Below are positions 47,958 to 60,511 of a stretch of 64,000 nt of DNA, in pieces. Position 1 is the first letter of the stretch; each line of letters starts with the position of its first letter. Made by a program: the position numbers and the translations under genes. Below the pieces are notes generated by a model. That model was given only the letters and a program-made list of their open reading frames with translations, was not told the DNA's origin and made no database searches. Where the stretch lies: the NCBI GenBank assembly GCA_002633005.1, contig NMRA01000235.1, forward strand, positions 448,964-512,963, given 5' to 3'. Source of the DNA: Phoronis australis. Its lineage: Eukaryota; Animalia; Phoronida.

Positions 47958-48855
47958 NNNNNNNNNNNNNNNNNNNNNNNNNNNNNNNNNNNNNNNNNNN
48001 NNNNNNNNNNNNNNNNNNNNNNNNNNNNNNNNNNNNNNNNNNNNNNNNNNNNNNNNNNNNNNNNNNNNNNNNNNNNNNNNNNNNNNNNNNNNNNNNNNNN
48101 NNNNNNNNNNNNNNNNNNNNNNNNNNNNNNNNNNNNNNNNNNNNNNNNNNNNNNNNNNNNNNNNNNNNNNNNNNNNNNNNNNNNNNNNNNNNNNNNNNNN
48201 NNNNNNNNNNNNNNNNNNNNNNNNNNNNNNNNNNNNNNNNNNNNNNNNNNNNNNNNNNNNNNNNNNNNNNNNNNNNNNNNNNNNNNNNNNNNNNNNNNNN
48301 NNNNNNNNNNNNNNNNNNNNNNNNNNNNNNNNNNNNNNNNNNNNNNNNNNNNNNNNNNNNNNNNNNNNNNNNNNNNNNNNNNNNNNNNNNNNNNNNNNNN
48401 NNNNNNNNNNNNNNNNNNNNNNNNNNNNNNNNNNNNNNNNNNNNNNNNNNNNNNNNNNNNNNNNNNNNNNNNNNNNNNNNNNNNNNNNNNNNNNNNNNNN
48501 NNNNNNNNNNNNNNNNNNNNNNNNNNNNNNNNNNNNNNNNNNNNNNNNNNNNNNNNNNNNNNNNNNNNNNNNNNNNNNNNNNNNNNNNNNNNNNNNNNNN
48601 NNNNNNNNNNNNNNNNNNNNNNNNNNNNNNNNNNNNNNNNNNNNNNNNNNNNNNNNNNNNNNNNNNNNNNNNNNNNNNNNNNNNNNNNNNNNNNNNNNNN
48701 NNNNNNNNNNNNNNNNNNNNNNNNNNNNNNNNNNNNNNNNNNNNNNNNNNNNNNNNNNNNNNNNNNNNNNNNNNNNNNNNNNNNNNNNNNNNNNNNNNNN
48801 NNNNNNNNNNNNNNNNNNNNNNNNNNNNNNNNNNNNNNNNNNNNNNNNNNNNNNN
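47958..48855. other. Assembly gap (898 N)
   Basis: Run of N. Confidence 1.
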
Positions 48856-50344
48856 AGAGTTCCACAGTCAATCAGATTTCGTCAGGAAGCTTTCCTAAGC
48901 TTCTTTAGGCTCTGACATCACAATTTTGTGCTGTTTGATAAACCTTGAATTATACAGGCATCACACTCCATGGGAGCAGCCATATTGAAGTAACTAAGCA
49001 CAACAATACAATCTGGCTCTCTGATTGGTCAATTCCATAGAAAAGCGCCATCAAGTGGCAGGAATGTGCATCATATTTTATGCAACAAAAACACCTTTTT
49101 TAAAAAAAATGTGCAAGTGTAGACGTGGGAACTTTTTGGAATTTGATTTATGGGTATATTATCTAGCCACATAGAAAAAACTAAGTTGCCCCCCCAAAGT
49201 ACTCACAAGGGTGAACGCTATGAGATCTGGCCCACCGACTATATGAGATGCTATCTGAATTCCAATACAGCGATATTGCTGATTTACTTGACAAAATCTC
49301 TTGTGAATTATTTTGCCTTTTATCATGTTTAGAAGGGCGACTCAAAATGGTCATTTGTACCAAATATTTCAATTTCGTATAAAACCTGCACATACAGTGG
49401 TGTACTGTCTGTGGTTGGAATGGTTTGTACGTTTTGGCTAAATATACCGGTTGAATGACCTCGTAAGTGCATGTTAAAAAATTAACTGAGCACCCTCGAG
49501 AACGTAAAAATCGACCCGGTACTCACTGAATCCGGGTCTCACACATCCGAAATCTATAAATGGAAGTGGGACCTATAGAATCCGGAATACACATAACCGG
49601 GGGAATAAAGCAAGCGGACGCATACAACCCTGGACACAAAGCTACGCTTACTTTTTGAACTGCTCTCGCTTGCTGATTCTGCATAAGCAACTTAATTCAA
49701 TCACTTCTGCAGCATGGCCCTCAGTCATCACGGAACTCGCGGAATCACAAAGTTAGTTTTGGCTTACCGGCTGGTCGATTCCTGCTTGTATAATACAGCT
49801 AACCAAATGTCGCGCATAATACACCGAATAGCATGTATTATAGTGAAATTGGGGATCACGGACTTATTGGCCACTATGTTCAAAAGTAAACTAGTTGGTT
49901 TTCAAGAGGTGACCTGCTTCGTGATTGCTTAGAGGTAGTTTCTGAGAAATAATATAAAGAGAGATTGCCTGAAGCCATGTTCTTCAATCTTCTTTCGCTT
50001 TGACGCAACGGCCTTAAGTTATTCGAGATTTTCCGATTGTAGGTTTGGCAGTTGCAGTTGGGTGTCTGGGTCGTTAGTGACAAACTTGCCTGTTGATGAA
50101 AAATATATTCGATCATCAAAGTGTAACATAAACGGGCTTTATACTGACAATAAGACAATCGATTCAGTCACTAAATGTCATTTCCCCATAATGTGTATCA
50201 AATTGCAAAGTTTTTACCATTAGTACAAAGCCTTTCTTATGAAAGGAAAAGTTAATGTCACACAGTGAGAAAGGACAGGTATTTATACTAGATGCTTTTG
50301 GTTTTCATTTCACAGGGATATAGTTTCAATGGCTTATAGAAACG

Positions 50345-50934
50345 CTAGTAGAAAAGGTCCAGTTTCGCTCCGCGGTCTTCCTCCATGTAACCTCATTCAG
50401 CCTCAACTAGATCCTGGAAGGTAAACACAACAGCACATCACTTGACTCATTTTGTGCCCAACATCTGACCCAGAACTAGACCAGAGTGTCACTGGGTCTT
50501 CTTTAGCTTCAATACATCATGTTTCTTCCAAGAAAGGAAACAAGCTATTATCCACACATGACTTATTGCTTATGAAAGGGCATCCTCACCAACTTGAGTA
50601 GCACTCAGATATAGATCCTCTCCATACACAAACAATCCACTGGCACGTTGTCTTATGGTAACTTCGTACTGCGATTCACATTTCACCAGAGCCACTGACT
50701 TGTACATTCTGTCATGCGGCACTACTGGTGTGTGGAAATGCTGTGGGAAGAGAAAGGAGTAACAAAGCTTGTTCGTTGTCTCCGATAAAGAAAGTAGGCT
50801 TTAACAACAGATCTACACTGGATGGGAAGATACTGAATGTTAGCTGCATCAAACTGCTTAAAACCAATTTTTGTCCATTCAGGGCCGATGCAGAAGCGAT
50901 GCACATCTCCTCTGCACGGTACAATACCTCAAAC
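50345..50934 (-). pseudogene. Decayed coding-like segment of unknown family
   Basis: Acceptor ggcttttag is followed by FEVLYRAEEMCIAS..LLKPTFFIGDNEQALLLL.., then a frameshift to HDRMYKSVALVKCESQYEVTIRQRASGLFVYGEDLYLS.. and in-frame stops. No family recognised. Confidence 0.25.
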
Positions 50935-51529
50935 CTAAAAGCCAAAGGTCACGTGAAAACAGACATGATAGATTTCTATTTCAACGTGTAATAGATTTCC
51001 GTAAGACATAGGATAGGGATAAAACAAATAGTCTAATGGATATTTGTCACGTACCCTTTGGGCTTGGACTGTAATCTTTAGCTCACTAACCATTATCGAG
51101 TTAAACATTCAACATTGATTGATGTAGCTGTCACTGATAAACCTGTTAGAAATCATTCCAAACAATAATACTGCTTTGATGTACGATAAGATCCCGAATG
51201 CTACGTCAAGTATCGTAACACACATCACAACACACAAAGATTAACCCGACTGGCGACTGCCGCGAAGTCGACATCGGCGAGTTCCTCAGTTAACAGGCAA
51301 CAGTAGGATAAACATGGAATAATCGCTAAAATAATCACAAACCGTACCTTTGTATTAAGGTCGTGCTTACTTTCTCTCATATAGAAGCACCTTTTTCACG
51401 CAAACTCAGATTCAGTTGGCACGGCTACAAGCCATTTCACCATGTATTTAAAGGGCTCGCGAAATCGAGGCTATTAATCTATCACCACTAGTACACGCGC
51501 GCCATCTAGTCAATGTAAATTTTCCGAAT

Positions 51530-52150
51530 AACCCCAATTAATCGGGAATTGGTTGAACCACCATGAATATGCATGTAAAGGCTCTCCCTAATGCATCATT
51601 TAGGTACAAGCCGATTGAAAAAGTCTTAAGATTAACAGAAAATTGCACTTATTGAACCCAAAGTTGCACCCAATGACCCCAAATTTTCTGAATGAACTTC
51701 CTTTATTAATGGTAATCATATGTATGATTATGAAAAGTCTAGCTAAAAATCAATTTTGCACTTAATGACCTATGATCCGGAAATTCCATGTAACTTTTGG
51801 ATGCATTTCTCTATGTCCTATTTGTTATCAAAATTAAACAGGGTATCTAAAATTGTGTAGAACAAGAATCGGGTCATTCCGGTGCATTTTGGGTCAAAAC
51901 ATTAGAATCAGTAAAAACCGAATGATGATTATGTCAACCACATTGAATATGATTGTTGGTAACCAAAAGATGTAGAAGTACTAACGATCTGAAAAGGAAG
52001 GAAGAATAAAAATAAGAATAATAAGAATAATAAGAATAAGAAGATAAAATACGTAAAACAGTAAAACTCTGGGCTTGAACGCGCAGAGTAGTAATATTGA
52101 AGAATACCCAGGAACAACAGTACTCTGCGCTTACACGCGCAGAGTAAAAA
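51530..52150. mobile_element. Helentron-associated (HINE/DINE-1-like) non-autonomous element end
   Basis: (AAGAAT)n microsatellite at ~52001-52045, then duplicated stem-loops actctg(g/c)gc....gcgcagagt (52066-52089 and 52122-52145), then an A-run; tgacc-rich core upstream. Left end uncertain. Confidence 0.45.
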
Positions 52151-52772
52151 TCAAAAAAAAATCTTCACTTGTCATTCCAATGCAATAAAATGTGTGACGT
52201 GTTCAATTGTATTTCAATGACTTGTGCTTTTTAGACACAAGCGAGCTTTACGTTCAATGGAGAAAAACAAATCAAGGCATCAGGTAGGTTGAAATAATGA
52301 CAGCCAGCTGTTATTAAACCAGCTCTAAAACCAATGATGGTTTGATCACAGGCGCTCGAGTTTCCCGATGACTTATAACTTTTTATAAGAAACATAAAGG
52401 TTGGACAATAAAACTTGGCCGAGCCGAGGCTCCCAACTTCAACTGTTCAAAAACCAAATAAAATATGCGTGAACTTCCCCCTTTCTGGTATTGCACGAAT
52501 CTTCGAAGACCTATCTTCCCTTGATCCAAGTAACTGTCCTCCTAAATGATGAATTGTCGATGGAATTTCCGAAACAATCACAAAGCTCTGAATTCAATGA
52601 CCTAATATAGTAAGCATTTCGGATTTCAGTTGTGTTTCAACTTGTACGCCTGTCGTAGGTGAAACTTCGAGTTTGAGCAAGCAACCTATATTTCGAATAT
52701 AATAATTCTAGTATAAATTAGAAAACTAGTAGTACTAAAATGACGACCGTCGGTACTAAAATATATTAAAAT

Positions 52773-52810
52773 ATCCCCACGTATCGAGCGATGCGCTCTT
52801 TCTCAAGGAT
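52773..52810 (-). ncRNA. Penelope-type minimal hammerhead ribozyme motif (U3:A8 variant, probably inactivated in this copy)
   Basis: Minus strand reads ATCC-TTGAGAAA-GAGCG cat CGCTC-GATA-CGTG-GGGAT: stem I ATCC/GGAT, core UUGAGAA(A), 5-bp stem II, and GAUA in place of GAAA. A related 3' fragment at 22933-22971 keeps GAAA. Confidence 0.6.
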
Positions 52811-55169
52811 GTGCAACAGTCACTGGCTTAGAAAGGTTGCAGAGTTTGCAATCCGTAAATTGGTTGTTGTTTTTTGATAAATGTGTCGTATAGCTATATA
52901 TGAGAGCTGTCTGAGAGGCCGCTTGGTGTGTTAGTTTTTTGATTTCTTTGGGGACCTCGAGGAAATTCACTAGCTTCTTTAATGATTTGTAGATGAAGCC
53001 TCTACTGCCTACTTCAACAGGTAACAGGACTGTTTGCCATCCTGCATTTTCACGTTCTTCAATGAGATTTGTGTATTTCATTCTTTTCCTCAGGTGTGTT
53101 GATTCCATGTTGTCTTCTGCTGATATTGTAAGTTCTATTAAAACTGCTCATTTTGCCTGAATTGACCATAACACAATGTCGAGGTCTTAATGCCGAATCT
53201 GTCATTTCAGATGGGGATATAAGAGACTTTTGTACAATCTTTAATTAGTTTCCAATCGTTGGTCTTGGCCAGGAAGGGGGCCTCTTCTCTGAATTTCGGC
53301 TCTGTTCTCTTATTGCCGAGGCAAAAACTGTTCTTTGACTTAAATCTGATTGTTGTTTCAGTTATAGACTTCCCAGGGTTTTGGACCACTTCATTGATAG
53401 CATCACATATTATTGCAAGGACTTGGTCATGTCGTCAAGTTTAGTGACCATTAGTTAATGCTTCTGTGCTATTGTTGAGGATGTTGTGAAGTGTGCTTTT
53501 AGCTGTTCTGCAGAGGTTGCAACGTTCAGAAGGCGATTGTTTCCATAAATGAAAAGTTGCTGGTGTTGGAAGTACATCGTGTATGGCATTTAACCTAAAT
53601 GTCAAGAGAGGTGGATTCCATGCCTAGAGACTCTTCCTCCAAGATACATCAAGTGACATAACTACATCCCATCAGAGCCATAACCCTTGTTTGGCACGGC
53701 TATACAGATATAAGAGTGCTTTATTTTTGTCGACTTCCTTTATACGTTCCGTTATAGATGCTCTATGTTATTTACCTGTCATGTTCTTGATGGATTCTTG
53801 GTGTTATAACCGAAACCTGAATTCTATGACTTTTTGAATTACAAATTTCATTAAGAACTATATCTCTTTCCCTTTCTTCGAGTTCTTTTATGCCATTCCA
53901 CCGTTTTGACGTGGAAATTGTTTAAATTTATACATAGGAGGTTTCCTTAATTCAGGGTCGTTCGCATATTTGTTGATGTGAAACTTGACCACTTGCATCT
54001 TCTTTAAAGAGGTTGTTAGGCTAGTCACGCCTAAACCAAGATGCTCTATGGATCTCTAGAGAACTGTGTTAGTTGACATTTTACTGGTTCGAAGCCATTG
54101 TTTCAGATATTTTGGGAATTAATGTTCAAGTTTTTTGGCGAAACTCGCTGAGAAGTCATACACTGTGGATTCCCAAGTAATCCTTGGAACCACACCATTG
54201 ATGTAGATCCATGCTTTAGTTGGACCATTAGTGCTGTATTTGTCTAGAATGTCCAGCAAAATTTTGTCTCAAGATTATTCATTATTTCCGTGTTTTTTAT
54301 TTGTGAATATCGTTTTCCCAAGGAATTTCATTGGTTTTTGGTAGATGTAAGGCATTTTTATATTGCGGATTGACGTTTGAAGATCATACTGGTGGAATGT
54401 TGTACCTCCACGAAATGCAAGTGTTATACATTTGCTTGGCTTAGCTTTCATTGTGCGACTCTACGTGAGAAATTGCTCCAGTTGCTGAATCATTGATTGA
54501 CAGTCTTTCGGACTTGTAACAATAATGTTGAGGTCATCAGCATACTCTAATTGGTGGAATGTTTGTTTGGTGAATTTAAGTTTGTAACCATTTTGTTTTT
54601 CTTTGTCGATCATCTCTAACCCCATGTTGAAGGCTGCGAGGAATAGTACAGCAGAAAAAGGGTATCCCTGAAATAAGCCAATACTGTAACGTATCAAGAT
54701 TATTTACTTGATCGCCTCTGGTAAAAGATACCTGTTTATTCTGAATTGGATGAGGTTGTGGGGTATTGAACCATACGCGTTAGCCAGGTCAATCCAAGCC
54801 ACGCTAAGTGGTTTATTTCTTTTCTTTGAATCTTTAGTATGCTGGAAAGAGTCTCTGTATGTTCTAGACACCCTGCTACTTTTTCTTTAAATCCTTTTTT
54901 TATTGATGCATTTATGAAACTGTTGAAACAAAGGAACTTCAATAGTCTATGGGCGATTATAGTGAAGAAGATTGTCCCTACTGTGTTAGTTAACGTGGTT
55001 GGATGAAACAGGGATGAGTTTCTTAAAATTGTGTCCTTGGGAATTAGAATTGTTTAACCAACTCGCCACGAAAGTGGGATTTTACTTTTTTTCCAATGTT
55101 CCTGGATCAATAGTAATAGAAGGTTTCTGACGTTTTAATGTAAGGTACACAATTTGGACCAAGTGCTAA
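52803..55169 (-). mobile_element. RLE-type non-LTR retrotransposon ORF (HERO/NeSL/R2 group): RT, CCHC-like knuckle and restriction-like endonuclease; starts at RT domain 0, degenerate
   Basis: LALGPNCVPY (SAPGP relic), IPLSW..TILIPK, KGFKEKVAGCLEH, GLFQGYPFSAVLF, LEYADDL, CNLC..TLHNILN, RHDQVLAII, LIELTIS..RKRMKYTNL..GWQTVLLPVEVGSRGF. Confidence 0.9.
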
Positions 55170-57430
55170 TTATTTGAACAGAAAATTTTGTAGATTATGG
55201 TTCTTGAAATTGAAATGATTACCTATAGTACTACAAAAGTTTTTATGCATGATGTTCAATCTTTGATTGCGAAATTGAGTTTGTAGATTATGTTGAGTTT
55301 GTCCAGCATATTGAATGGAACATTTTATGCAAGTTATTAGGGAAATAGTATTGTTGGTGGTGCAGTCAAAGTAATGTTTTAATTCGATTTTCCCAATGGT
55401 TTGAGAAAACTGGAAGAAAGTATTGTCGTTGATAAAGCTACACATTTTGCACCTAGATTTGTTACATTGTGATTTGCCAATATGTTGGTCAGTGTGTTTT
55501 TTATTGTCCATATTTGTTCTAACTAAATAATTGTTTTGGCTTTTACATTTTCTCCAAGTAGTCATAGGTGAATGAGGAAAAAGATTTTCATTTTAGGGGA
55601 AATATGCCGAGTTTCAGGTGTTTTCTGAAGACGTGGCTAAATTCGTTTAAACATGGATTGAACGTGGTTATGACATGTAATCTATTATTAGCATTACCTT
55701 TTGTTTTAGACTTTTAAAGAATCATTTCTTGTGATTTAAACTGTTTGTGTATAAAATATAAGGGGAAATGATGTTGAAGTAAGTAATGGCTGAGTTCGCT
55801 TAAACGGTTATTAAAGCTATTTTCATCTAAAGAAATGCGTGAAATTCTAAGTAGAAGACTACATGTACATGTACGTGGAAGCCTTTTCTGACAGTGTAAG
55901 TGATGGCATGAGTGATATAGCAGACATTGGTGTTGGTCTGTTTCTTTACAGAACAATTCCGTTTATAGTTTATCATTACTATAAGGCTAACAGTGACATC
56001 TGAAATGAGATTTTGTTTTGAGAAATGTCGTGGGTGAACTTTAGAGGGGTGAAATTTATTAATACTTTCTAAGAATAAATGAAATTTTCATAGGCCATAA
56101 GTCCAGATCATTAAAATGCCGCCAATGTACCTCAGCCAGAGTAGAGGTTTTTCAGAGCAAGATTTAACAAAAAGGTTGCAAAAGTAGGGGTAACTCTAGT
56201 GACCATAGCTGTGCCTAATATTTATTATTGAATGTGAAGTGATTCGTGGTAAGTACATGTTCAAGAACAGAGCGAATGAAAGATGATACATTATGATTCT
56301 TTTGTTGACTAAGAAACTTGGTACAGGCGTCTATGGCTTCGTGTTTAGGACTATTACTGTATAAGCTTTTGACATCAAGGTTATCTAGGAGTATATTTTA
56401 GGTAAATCGCTGATAATTTAATTATATTAAGAAATTGATTAGTATCTTTAATATACACTGTATGAAGGAAGTGTGGGGATAAGTTGCTGAATATGGTACT
56501 CGGCAAATTGAGAATTTTTTCAGTAGAGCAGTTGTTGCTTGCTATAATGGGACGTCCCAGATTACCTTCTTTGTGGATTTTAGAAAGGAAACTTAAGCGA
56601 TTGGGTTGAGCATTATTAGGAATGGGGTAGTTTTTGGTGTCTTTGACAATGTGACCACAGTGGAAACCATTCAATATAGTTTTAGTTAGCTGATATGCTT
56701 TGTGTTGGGGTTATTATCTAAAATTTGTTGCATTTTAGGTTGCCGGAGAGCCTCGTCAATATATTTTTGCTTATCCATTGTAACAACAGCTGATCCTTTA
56801 CCAGCTGATTTAATTGTGATTTCTTCGTTTTTAGCGACATTTGTGAGGGCATCTTTTTGGACTTGCTATATTTGTAGTTATGCTATTTTGTAGTGCATGG
56901 CATTATTAGCGAAAGCTTCTGCATGTATGTAATTTTCGAGTGCATGGTTTTGACTTTTGGGTGGATTCCAAATGTTTTTTTTCTTGGAAGGATTAATTTC
57001 TAAGGGGGATTTCTCATTTAAATCTTTGGTGGGATTGTCAAAATATTCTGCCAACCTAAGACCTCTATCGAAAGTATTAATATCAATGAGTAATTCATCT
57101 TTGTCAATATTGGTTTTGGTAGGACAGAATTTAATTCCTTCAGAAAGTAGGCTAAACTCAAGCACTATTAGTTAAATTATGGTTGGATAAGTTAACTAAG
57201 TTGTTCGTCGTGCAAGTTATTGTTTTCTTAGTGGTTTGTCTGTGGAACCTTCTGTTACGTTTAACTGTTTTCATGGTGTTGTTGATATTACCTGCGGGAA
57301 TACAGAAGATAGTGGTAGGCATTCGCCGAGACGAATTCGTTTTAGAGGTCTTAAAGTTTTTTCTTTCCATTGGCTTTGTGGGGCCGTACATTTTTCAAAC
57401 TGACGTGGTTGTTCCTAAGAGCTTTGAATT
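55170..57430 (-). mobile_element. Penelope-like element (RT + C-terminal GIY-YIG, Neptune-like), degenerate
   Basis: KRNRRF..NLVNLSNHNLT, LLSEGIKFCPT, IKSAGKGSAVVTMD, SKIHKEGNLGRPII, YIKDTNQFL, DVKSLYSN, GTAM, WLRYIGGI (YIDD relic), KETDQHQCLLYHSCH, CNKSRCKMC..CTTNNTISLITCIKCSIQYAGQT..IGNHF. Many stops and frameshifts. Confidence 0.92.
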
Positions 57431-57442
57431 TAACCAGGACGG

Positions 57443-58531
57443 GTCTCCAATCTCCGTACTAAGACTCGAATCATATCCACAATCACACTTCATACCCAAC
57501 TCGTGTACAGAAGCAGCTTTGGTGTATTCAATGTCATACGCGAAAAAGCTGCACTCGAAATTTTGAGCACTTACCCAATTTTCCAGTATACTGGAAGAGT
57601 AATGTATTTCATCTATATTTCGAGAACGATTTTAAGTAAAATTTCCTAGTAGATGCTCGGATGTGAGACACAAAGAAAGTATTCCACAAACGAAAGAAGA
57701 AAATATCGAAAACCCACTGAGATACACAGCAAACGTTTGGCAAATCTAAGTCCTCATACCATAATTCAACGTTTCAGAGAGTAGTTTTTATTTTAAATCT
57801 TCTTCATCTTAACCCGCCGTGAAAACAGTACTTCATTGCCGCCAATTTTAAAACTCCTTCTTACACTACGATCAAGGTACAAACTTTTGAAATTCGACCT
57901 CCCGTCAAAGAAAATGCGCAATTCGAACTCTCCCTTAAAAATGTTGCTTGCAGGCCTGTGATATGGTACGTGACCCCACCACTGCATCACTGAGAAAGAA
58001 AATTTCATTAGCTGTTGTGACCATGTCAATTTTTATAGTAAACGTGTGAAGTGTAGGTGAGAATGAACACTGATAGCTCCGCCTCGGCCATAAATTTCTT
58101 TGATGTGATGAGCTGTTACAAGTGTCTTAAGACATTTTCGGACATGAAAAACTCAAGAGATAAAACTTGATAATTGGAAAACAATCAAGAAATGGTATAA
58201 GAATAATGTATTGAAACCGGAAAATTTATAACATTTACAGAACACTCAGCACTCCACGTTCTACTCTTGCAGACGTAGCAACAGCGGACGATAATGTAGT
58301 TGCTAGGGTATGCGAAGCGGGAGCACTGAAGTAGCGCGACTTTGCGTGGTTTTGCATTTCACATCATAAAGAGTTTCACAGCAACTCGATTATGATTACC
58401 TGATTTGAGTATGTTTGGAGTCTACTCGAAATTCGACATGAAATACGCTTTTTGAGTATGACTCCAGTGAGCACGATTTTGAGTATGGAATCTCGAGAAC
58501 GAGTATGAGTCTGAGTAAGGAGATTGGAGAC
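57443..58531. mobile_element. Non-autonomous TIR element (~1.09 kb) abutting the 5' end of the Penelope relic
   Basis: 25-bp inverted repeat gtctccaatctcc(g/t)tact(a/c)agactc, plus weaker subterminal inverted similarity. Confidence 0.6.
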
Positions 58532-58671
58532 AATATAAACTTTTATATTGGTAAGTTTTTAGCGAGCAAGCTAGCTGTATGAAGGATATTGTCAAAATAC
58601 AGCTAGGTACCACTCTATGTTTTTCTTCCTATACACACCGAAATTGCACACGTCAACTCGCTGTGGAACCG

Positions 58672-60511
58672 CAGGCCCGTAGCCAGCATTGCTTAAGGGG
58701 TGGTTCGAATTTCTTGAACGGTGGACCATTGGTGTTTTGCAAACCTCGACACTGTGGAGCTGATGTTAAGTTGAAAACAGATGAAGTTATTAGGTTACCC
58801 TGTCCCTGCCTCCAGATAGTCAGTGAGCTCCATTCAGTCGTCTTAAATTTAAAACCGTTGGTCGCCGCAGCCCCGAGCCGTGCCCGAGATGTTGCCTCTA
58901 ATTGAGATTGATTCGTTAGTTAGATTCAAGAATCACGATTGGCAGTGATTGGAACCGTGCTCAACTATGAAATCAATTTATTAAGAACTAGTCAACTTTT
59001 TGCACACCCTTTAACTAGTTACTAAATGGACACAAATGCAATACTTTATTCATGTTTATTACAACTCAGTATCAGAATGTCAGAGTTATGAACTGTTTGG
59101 CTCAGTGGTGTGAAGCCTGGACTCCAGTTTGAGAGAGACCCGAGTTCTACTCTTGGCTTCACCGACTGCCAATCGAGCATTGCACAGAGGTGTCTGCACC
59201 TCCTCTGAGTTCGGTCCTACAAAATAGTATGTGCACTGCTGTGAATTAGAACCTGGATATAATGCGAAAGCGACTCCTGGGGTTGTGCTTATACTGAGAA
59301 AAAATAACTGGACATTCGATGGTGGCGAACCTTCGGAGTAGTGGACCTTCGGAGTAGTGAACCTTGGGAATTGTAGCATCTAATCTTGGCAGTGTCACAT
59401 CTACGTTTTAAGTAGGGCGTGGGGTTAGGATTCGCGCTAATCCGAGGCGCGCGCGTACCGCAGAGGGAAGGGAAGGTTGGGAGGGTGTTCCTGCCTCTTG
59501 TGAAAGAATTTTTTGGTTTTTAGTTTTTGATTTTGTTTTCCTGGTGACATATTTTATACTTTTTATTTGTGAGCTCGTCCCACGGGAAACGTTTGAACCA
59601 CCTGAACCTCTTATAGATCCGCCTCTGCTTGAAAATGTTTTATATCAAGTTAGTTGCTCCGACAAAGTCTGTGAGGCTGTGCACCATTGACACAAGTGAC
59701 AAAAGAAGTCTATCTCCATTTGACTAAAGTTTTTAACGGGTCTAGACCTACTTCCCCCAAAACTGTGTACGTGCTCCCCGATGTTTTCTCAGAGCAAGCA
59801 AACACGGGTATAAATAAATTCTGGTTTTTGAGCAACGACGGAGGGCTGCCTATGGTTAAGTTACCGTCGGCTTCTAATGAATTTAAAAGGAAGGAAACGC
59901 ACACACGTGTACACGCATGCAGGTCAATCCACCAATCCACAATCGAATTGGACACTACATGTATATATAAACATACCTGTATTTGACGAACATTTTCTAT
60001 TCCAAATTTGAAAACGCCTGCCTTTTACCGTACTATGCTAGGAAGCAATAGCAGGTAACAAACCTATTTTCTGCTGTTTTTTCATGGTCGATTTTAAGGT
60101 ATTCACGCTGCACTGTGACATTTGGGAGCTACATGTATCTCGTTGCTATACATTTATAGCTTAACTTGGTGTAGACACTTACGTCTGGACTACCCTGTTT
60201 CCCTACGGTGTAACCACCACGCGTGTTCGGAGCGGATGAGTAACAAAAAGCCTCCTCTAATCGTCTGAACGATCCTGTCATCTACGCAAATAACACTCCG
60301 GAGAAGTAGGCCGGGTATCGCACGGCCCGATCATAACCGGAGGCTCTTTGAATCGGATGAAAGAAAATTCAAAATTATTATGAACTCCGTTAACATTTGT
60401 AGTTAGTAGTACCAGTAGTTGAAACAATTTTGTTGTTGTCCATCTGTGTCATATCTTTCAGCGGAGGGAGAGTTTGTTCAAACACCTCGAGCCCCCCTGG
60501 CTACGGGCCTG
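58672..60511. mobile_element. hAT-like non-autonomous element with nested repeats
   Basis: Perfect 15-bp TIR CAGGCCCGTAGCCAG / CTGGCTACGGGCCTG. TSD not conserved, so the two ends could belong to different copies. Confidence 0.5.
59390..59626. mobile_element. Small MITE; a related inverted copy lies at 62127-62280
   Basis: CAG(T/A)GGCGGATCTA-type termini and shared internal blocks (gggttagg(a/g)ttcgcg..gaggcgcgc). Confidence 0.55.

Noticed and set aside
47687-48908. Long ORFs of 394 and 324 aa
   Set aside because: Artefacts of translating through the N gap.
57183-57566. Hydrophobic 127-aa membrane-protein-like ORF
   Set aside because: Antisense of the A-rich Penelope ORF, running into an adjacent TIR element.
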